DNA of 64,000 nucleotides, from NCBI GenBank assembly GCA_000165345.1, contig CM000430.1, positions 800,001 through 864,000 of the forward strand, given 5' to 3'. Position 1 is the first letter of the stretch; the number at the start of each line of letters is the position of its first letter. The translations under genes were made by a program, and so were the position numbers. Positions 53,606 to 64,000 of the stretch are shown piece after piece. The notes under the pieces were generated by a model. The model searched no databases, had not been told where the DNA came from, and saw only the letters and a program-made list of their open reading frames with translations.

Positions 53606-54252
53606 TTATTATTAAATGTTTTTAACTATCTAACTAAAACATTCCAATCAGAATTCAATTAATATATCAAAACATATTCAATAATTAGATTCCTTCCAAT
53701 TCTTTTCATATAAACGAAAATAAACAATGTGAAGTAATGATATGAATACTTTCTGCTTTATCTAAAAATTCTTTCTTTTTACTTTTTATTTTTTTTTAAA
53801 TATTATTAAACTTTTCTGTATATTATTTATTTCTAATATTAGTAAACTTTGTTTAATTGTTTTGGTCAGATATTACTTTTTAACCAGTAAAAATAAATAA
53901 AAAAAATAATTATTCCAATCTTTTCAATAATAATTAACGTCGAATTATTGCAAATAGATATATAAATTTCAAATGATTAATGTTAAAGTCTAAAACTTAA
54001 TATTATTATTGATTAAAAAAAAAAAAATTTTATATAAATTTATTTATATATAATTATAATAAATTTATATATTAAATATTGTTTCCTATACCGGTGTTTT
54101 ATGTACGCCACGTAATTGATTTTTTTTTTTAATTAATAAATATTCACACGTGTACAAATAATATATTTATTTAAAAAAAGCCCAGATATTTTTATTGTTA
54201 GAAATGAAGCTTTTTATTGTTAATGAAATAGATATATGATGTATTATTATAA

Positions 54253-55332
<1,080 letters not shown>

Positions 55333-55441
55333 TTATATTATATTTATATTAACAATATGAAATATATATTTATACATTTAAAAATATTATCACAGCAACA
55401 TATTTTTTTTTTTAAGGTTTACTTACGTGTATAAAATTACA

Positions 55442-55466
55442 CATGCAAATTAGTAATTTGCATGTA
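55442..55466. promoter_or_regulatory. Perfect inverted repeat ACATGCAAATT-AGT-AATTTGCATGT (11-bp arms) built on CATGCA
   Basis: The palindrome is visible directly. It lies in the spacer between 54253..55332 and the formin-like gene. Confidence 0.4.
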
Positions 55467-55660
55467 ATTTAAACTACATTTATTAATTTCAACAAATTTT
55501 GCTCAATAATTAAAAACAAAGAAAAGGTATTTCAAACATTTAAGATTAGAATTTCTCTATTTTATATATTTGTTTCTTTTGTATATAGTTTTACTTTCTC
55601 CACTAAATTCTTTTTTTTTTTTTTTTTTTTTTTATCCAAAAGTTATTTATGAATAATATT

Positions 55661-55680
55661 GCCACGTGCGCACACGTGTA
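55661..55680. promoter_or_regulatory. Double E-box/G-box element CACGTG-CGCA-CACGTG
   Basis: Two CACGTG palindromes 4 bp apart, about 390 bp 5' of the formin-like ATG. They are immediately preceded by a T23 tract at 55611-55633. Confidence 0.35.
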
Positions 55681-56063
55681 TTTTCCCCACACTATAAAAA
55701 TATATTTTTTTAAAATTAATATTAAATACCCGGTATGCTATTTAATATTAATTTTTTTACTAAAAATAATAATTGTTTGTTTAATTATTACTATTATTTT
55801 TGACAAAAACAGCTAAAATAAGAACAAGAGGGCGTATTTAAAGAAGAAGTTAGTGAGAGATAAAGGAAAATAAAGATTAATTGGGGTTTCTTGGAACCAA
55901 CCCTTGTTTTAAGCTATCTTCTTCTTTTCTAGTGACATTGTTATTGATTTAAAATATAATTCACTTTGATTTGTTAAAATCAAAGTGCCAAGTATTTAGA
56001 GAGAAGGTCAATCTATCTAAGAAAGTCCTGGAGAAGAAAAAGTAAGATATAAATATAATTAAT

Positions 56064-59633
<3,570 letters not shown>

Positions 59634-60097
59634 TTTGCATGCAACTTTGGCGCCGGTAATTTTCCTCTATTAATTTTAATAATTGCAAATGGCATGTAAA
59701 GAATGAATGGGGAATTGGCGGGAAGTAACATGATTAAATCTAAAAATAGTTTAGGAAAGAAATTGAGTTAAATATTAAGGTAAATTTTTTTTTAATTTTT
59801 CTTTTTTGAATGGAATTCTAATAATAAAATAGTAATATTAATAACAATATTATAATTGTCAAATATTTAAGATCTTTCCAAATCTAAGTGTTTGCTAATA
59901 TTTTTAATAAAATTTTGATTCAAAAAGAAGAGGGTGCAAATTTTAAGAATAAGTTTGACTTAATATTTGGAAATTCCCAAAAAAAAAAAAAAGATTCCTG
60001 TAAGCTTAAGACGAGTAGTAGAAAAGCAAATATTGAATAAATTAGTTTTAGTTAAAGAGTAAATACATAGTTTATAAAAAGCATAAAAGAGGAGGGG

Positions 60098-61672
60098 ATG
60101 CCACAAAAAACATTGGTAACTCATATTTCTCACCAAGATTTGGACACAGTTCAAAGAGGAACAGAAGAATGGAATCTTTTGGAGCATTATCTTCAGGTTT
60201 GCTGTAGATCATCTAGATCTCTAATTCAGCAGATATGGCATGTTAATATAGGTAGTATTTCAACATCATTTGATAGAAGGACTCAAGACAAGTTGGTATT
60301 GTATTGTTGGGTAGATACAAATGAACTTGATCAGAATAATTCAATTCAAGATGTATCTAGAAGGGGGTTCAAAATTCCATCCAGTGGGATGAAGTTTACT
60401 TCAGGTAATATTAGACTTCCAGGAGTTCCTCAAGCCTCACATAATGGAGGAACTTCAGTGAATAGTAGGGATTTGCAACAAGCAAATAACACTAGATCTA
60501 ATAGTATGTTTGAATCTGATTATACTCCAGCAACAAGAAGGTTATTTGAGTTTTTCCTATGCAAAGTTGGCGTAGGATGCTCAGTTGTAAAAAATGATGA
60601 GAGTGAAGCAGATGGTGATAGATTTCCGATACCCCCAGAATATGATACGGTTTTTTTGAGAAATAAACAAATTAATCCTCCTTCTATGATAAATTCAAAA
60701 GTAGCAATGGATAGTGAATTAAAAGCAAATGAATTTAATTTATCATCAGCATTAGCATTATCAGCAGGTGTATTACCTCAACATACATTTAAACATGAAT
60801 ATATTATATATGATAGCTTTCAAGTAGTACCAGAATATTTAATACAATTTGAATATGATTCTTCATCACCAGAACTATTTGCTGTTCCTTGGTGTGATGA
60901 ATGTCAGGATTCACCAGCAATATTATGGTGTCAAGCTGATACTGCAAGATTATGTGATTCATGTGATGAAAGAACTCATAGACATAATAAATTAGTAACA
61001 AGACATATAAGAATCCCAATAAATCAAATGCCAAGAAATTCGGGAAATTGTCCAGTTCATACAATGGATAGTTTAGAAGAGTTTTGTACATTATGTCATG
61101 TACCGATGTGCAGACTATGTAGGCCATCACATACACATGCAGATGAAAAGACTCCTTCTATGATTATGCCGATTAGCAGAGCATATAGGGCTCAGTTAGA
61201 GAGGCATAATAAACCGCATCCATGTTTAAATTCAAGAAAGATGGAATTATTAGAAAAGCTTGAATCTCAGCAATTAATTTTCAATGATGTTCGAGCTAAT
61301 ATGTTTGAAGTAGAACAAAGAATTTACTCAATTTTAGAAAGCTCAATTACACAGTTACAAATTGCTACAGAATCAAAAATGAATAAAATTTTGTGTGAAC
61401 AACTTATTTTAAATCAGTTATTGCAACAAGTTGAATGGTCCGAGGGATTTCTTCAATATTTACAATCAATTCTCCCGCCTGCAGATTTTTTATTTGCATG
61501 GCTTAAACATTGCCATTACAGAGAAGAAGTTTTTCAACTTTGTGATATTTTAACTAGTAATGAACAATTTTTCCCTGATTCAAGACTTGTTGGAAGAGTT
61601 GATATTCTTTCAGAATCTGCTCTTAAACACAATAAACATCATAAACACGCAAAGAGTGACTTATTTACTTAA
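60098..61672 (+). CDS. B-box zinc-finger / coiled-coil protein (TRIM-like, no RING)
   Basis: ATG at 60098. There are two B-box-like Cys/His clusters: CDECQDSPAILWCQADTARLCDSCDERTHRHNKLVTRH and CPVHTMDSLEEFCTLCHVPMCRLCRPSHTH. A coiled-coil follows (LEKLESQQLIFNDVRANMFEVEQRIYSILE). Confidence 0.65.
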   Translation: MPQKTLVTHISHQDLDTVQRGTEEWNLLEHYLQVCCRSSRSLIQQIWHVNIGSISTSFDRRTQDKLVLYCWVDTNELDQNNSIQDVSRRGFKIPSSGMKFTSGNIRLPGVPQASHNGGTSVNSRDLQQANNTRSNSMFESDYTPATRRLFEFFLCKVGVGCSVVKNDESEADGDRFPIPPEYDTVFLRNKQINPPSMINSKVAMDSELKANEFNLSSALALSAGVLPQHTFKHEYIIYDSFQVVPEYLIQFEYDSSSPELFAVPWCDECQDSPAILWCQADTARLCDSCDERTHRHNKLVTRHIRIPINQMPRNSGNCPVHTMDSLEEFCTLCHVPMCRLCRPSHTHADEKTPSMIMPISRAYRAQLERHNKPHPCLNSRKMELLEKLESQQLIFNDVRANMFEVEQRIYSILESSITQLQIATESKMNKILCEQLILNQLLQQVEWSEGFLQYLQSILPPADFLFAWLKHCHYREEVFQLCDILTSNEQFFPDSRLVGRVDILSESALKHNKHHKHAKSDLFT

Positions 61673-62756
61673 AATGAAATCAATCTAACTATTTAGAGAT
61701 GATTTTCTGAATGAATGTATGCTTATGTGTGTTTTTTTTAATATTTAATTTCCTTTTTCTGAAGAATTTCTTTGAAAAATCAAGTATAGCAATAAACAAA
61801 AAAAATCATATATTATTGGGAAAAGATTATTTAGGTAAATAAAAAATATTTATATATATATTTTTTAATATTTATTGTAAATCGAATTTTACATTTTTTC
61901 CCCTAATTTATATTAGTTTTTTGTCAATCCACATGCAAACATGCATATACAGTTTCTGTTACATGCAATAAAAATTGCCAATATTAACTTAAAATTTTGA
62001 TGTGGACGACCGGTATTTAAAGTTTGCATGCAATTATGTAAAAAAAAATTTCTACAAATATTAACACGTGTCAAAAATATTAAATTGAAAAAATGATGAA
62101 TTTATGAATGTTTCAATATTTTGTTAATTAAAAAAAGCAAACAAAAAATTTTTTTGTGTATCAGTACAAAATAAAGAATAAAATAAAAAATAAGTAAAAT
62201 ATTAACAAAGGTATTTTTGTGTGAGTTATAAAAATAAAACAACTATTTTGGAAGCTAATAAAACAAGAAAGAAAGTAAAAATACAAGTTAGAGCTGAAGA
62301 GCTTTAATAGACAGGAAATAAATGTAAATAAAGGAAAAATTTAACAGTTGTAAGAAAAAAAGTGGTATATATTTAAGATAATCCTTATACTTAAAATCTT
62401 GTCAAATATTAGTCATTAACTTGTTTAAGGGGAAATTTGTTTAATTTACAAGGCACATTGTTTTGTTCAAATTAAAACAATGTCTTTAAATTGCAAGGCG
62501 CCATTTCGATTTTGAATTAAAGATTATTTTATGAAAAAGATAGGGACAAGAAAAGTGTGAAAGCAAATAATATCATTATCATTATTATTACTATTATTAT
62601 TATTACTGTTACTATCATTACTACTATTATTATTTTTAATACTGGACTAAATAACAAATAAGAGAGATAAAAAGAAAGTAAACTGTAATGTTGAAATCTG
62701 ATAATAACATTTCTTTTTAGCAAGTGTTAAAAAAAAAGAAGCTAAAAGCTCAAATA

Positions 62757-64000
62757 ATGCAGGGGGGTTCAAACGAAGATGTACAAAAATTAAATCCCAA
62801 AGATCATGATTCAATATATAAGCCAAAAAGATGGTTTCATGCTTTTTCTCCTAGATATTTAAGTTTTGGTTTTATTTCCCCATATATGAAACTGAAAGAT
62901 AAAGAATTAATGAAAGAGGAGGATCTACCAGAAATACCTTCAAAGGATGATCCATTTATATTGGGGAGACATTTAGAACAAGCATTGAGAAGAGAGGAAA
63001 GAGATGCGATTCTGGGTGAAAGAGAGCCAAGTTTAATGAGGGCTTTATTGAGAGCATATTATCCATTTATTTTAATATGCATTTTTTCATTAACAATAAT
63101 AGATGTGATTCGTTTTTCAGTTGGATTTATTATTAAAAGCATTGTGGCAGATTTACAAAAGCCTATGCCACTTAATGATGCTAGCAAGGTGAATTCAGTT
63201 ATTAATTTCTTATTGGTTTTTTTTATAATGCTGTTTTCATCTATATCAATACCGCATATAGTTTTTTTTCAATACAGGTATATTTTTAGAATATATTCAA
63301 GTTTAGCAACAAATATATTATGGAGAGGTTTGAAAAAGTCTGGAGGTCTGTTGGTTCGAAAAAGTATTGACAAGAATGGTTTAATACCTCCAACAGTAAT
63401 GGATATGAATTTAATTGAAAAGATGAATAAAGATCATAATAATTCAAAGAAATTTTTTAAATTATCAGCATTAAGTTTTTTTAAGAAAAAATCATCATCA
63501 TCATCTAAAGAAATTGAAATGAAAGATTCACTTAAGAAAGAATTCAGTATTTCAAATTATAATGGAGGTGAAAGTTTTAGTAACTTAAAAGATTACCAAA
63601 GTCATGCAATCAGATTAAACTATATTAATATATACAATGTAATGATGGGAGATTTATTTCCATGTTCTATTCTATTGGGAAATTTAATCAGCTTAATATT
63701 ATTTCCTCTTAGAGTAATACTAGCCAGTTATGCAATCACCATTATATTAAAATCATCATTACATAATGGAGAAAATCATTTGGATTGGATAATCAATGTA
63801 TCATTAATATCATGTATTACAACTTTGACTTTATTTATATCAATCAGTGCAATATTTCAAATAAAAAGTGGATTTTTAAGAAAACCATTATTTTTTGCAA
63901 AAGATTGCCGATTAGACGAGTTACGATATATACTATCAAATATTAGAACAATTAAGCTCTTAAATTGGGAAAGCTTTGTTTACAAGAATTTAGTCGAATT
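62757..64000 (+). CDS. ABC transporter, ABCC/MRP-like, 5' part (runs off the window)
   Basis: ATG at about 62757. There is no stop before the window end, which is why the track lacks it. The N-terminal TMD pattern KPKRWFHAFSPRYLSFGFISPYMKLKDKELMKEEDLP...REPSLMRALLRAYYPFIL and the motif DELRYILSNIRTIKLLNWESFVYKNLVE match the MRP-family TMD1 signature R.k.mnEiL.GIK.LKLYAWE.aF. Confidence 0.55.
   Translation, partial: MQGGSNEDVQKLNPKDHDSIYKPKRWFHAFSPRYLSFGFISPYMKLKDKELMKEEDLPEIPSKDDPFILGRHLEQALRREERDAILGEREPSLMRALLRAYYPFILICIFSLTIIDVIRFSVGFIIKSIVADLQKPMPLNDASKVNSVINFLLVFFIMLFSSISIPHIVFFQYRYIFRIYSSLATNILWRGLKKSGGLLVRKSIDKNGLIPPTVMDMNLIEKMNKDHNNSKKFFKLSALSFFKKKSSSSSKEIEMKDSLKKEFSISNYNGGESFSNLKDYQSHAIRLNYINIYNVMMGDLFPCSILLGNLISLILFPLRVILASYAITIILKSSLHNGENHLDWIINVSLISCITTLTLFISISAIFQIKSGFLRKPLFFAKDCRLDELRYILSNIRTIKLLNWESFVYKNLVE

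Noticed and set aside
53606-54252. A 650-bp region of near-pure A/T (over 85% AT) between divergent genes, considered as a centromere-like or replication-origin element.
   Set aside because: Its length and composition are within the range of ordinary divergent promoters in this genome, with no higher-order repeat structure. It cannot be separated from a normal AT-rich spacer on sequence alone.

Overview
This is a gene-dense, AT-rich (about 30% GC) eukaryotic nuclear window that uses the standard genetic code. It carries roughly 26 protein-coding genes on both strands, short intergenic spacers (0.2-1.2 kb) and short GTAAGT...YAG introns. The intergenic DNA is full of E2F-like sites (TTTGGCGCCAAA, TTCCCGCC/GGCGGGAA) and palindromic GCATGC(A) clusters, which is the promoter signature of Cryptosporidium-type apicomplexans; this attribution is inferred from motifs and gene organisation, not from a database match. 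Recognisable products are an intron-rich subtilisin (S8) protease, a 2-exon BOP1/Erb1 ribosome-biogenesis WD40 protein, an 11.9-kb single-exon giant ORF (3964 aa), a Snf2/Brahma-type SNF2 ATPase, a formin-like protein whose FH1 region is an (Ala-Pro)25 repeat, TRAPPC2L/sedlin, a NIF/FCP1-like CTD phosphatase, a HAD-family phosphatase, a B-box/coiled-coil protein, an EF-hand protein, a secreted His-/Thr-rich mucin-like 5-exon gene and a 5'-partial ABCC transporter. No rRNA, tRNA, CRISPR array, transposon or prokaryote-style defence cassette was found. The ORF track uses TTG/GTG as starts, so several listed N-termini are artefacts and true ATG starts are given where they could be determined. The track also misses small exons, so several gene models were assembled by hand from splice signals. 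Hand-derived coordinates may be off by 1-2 bp.
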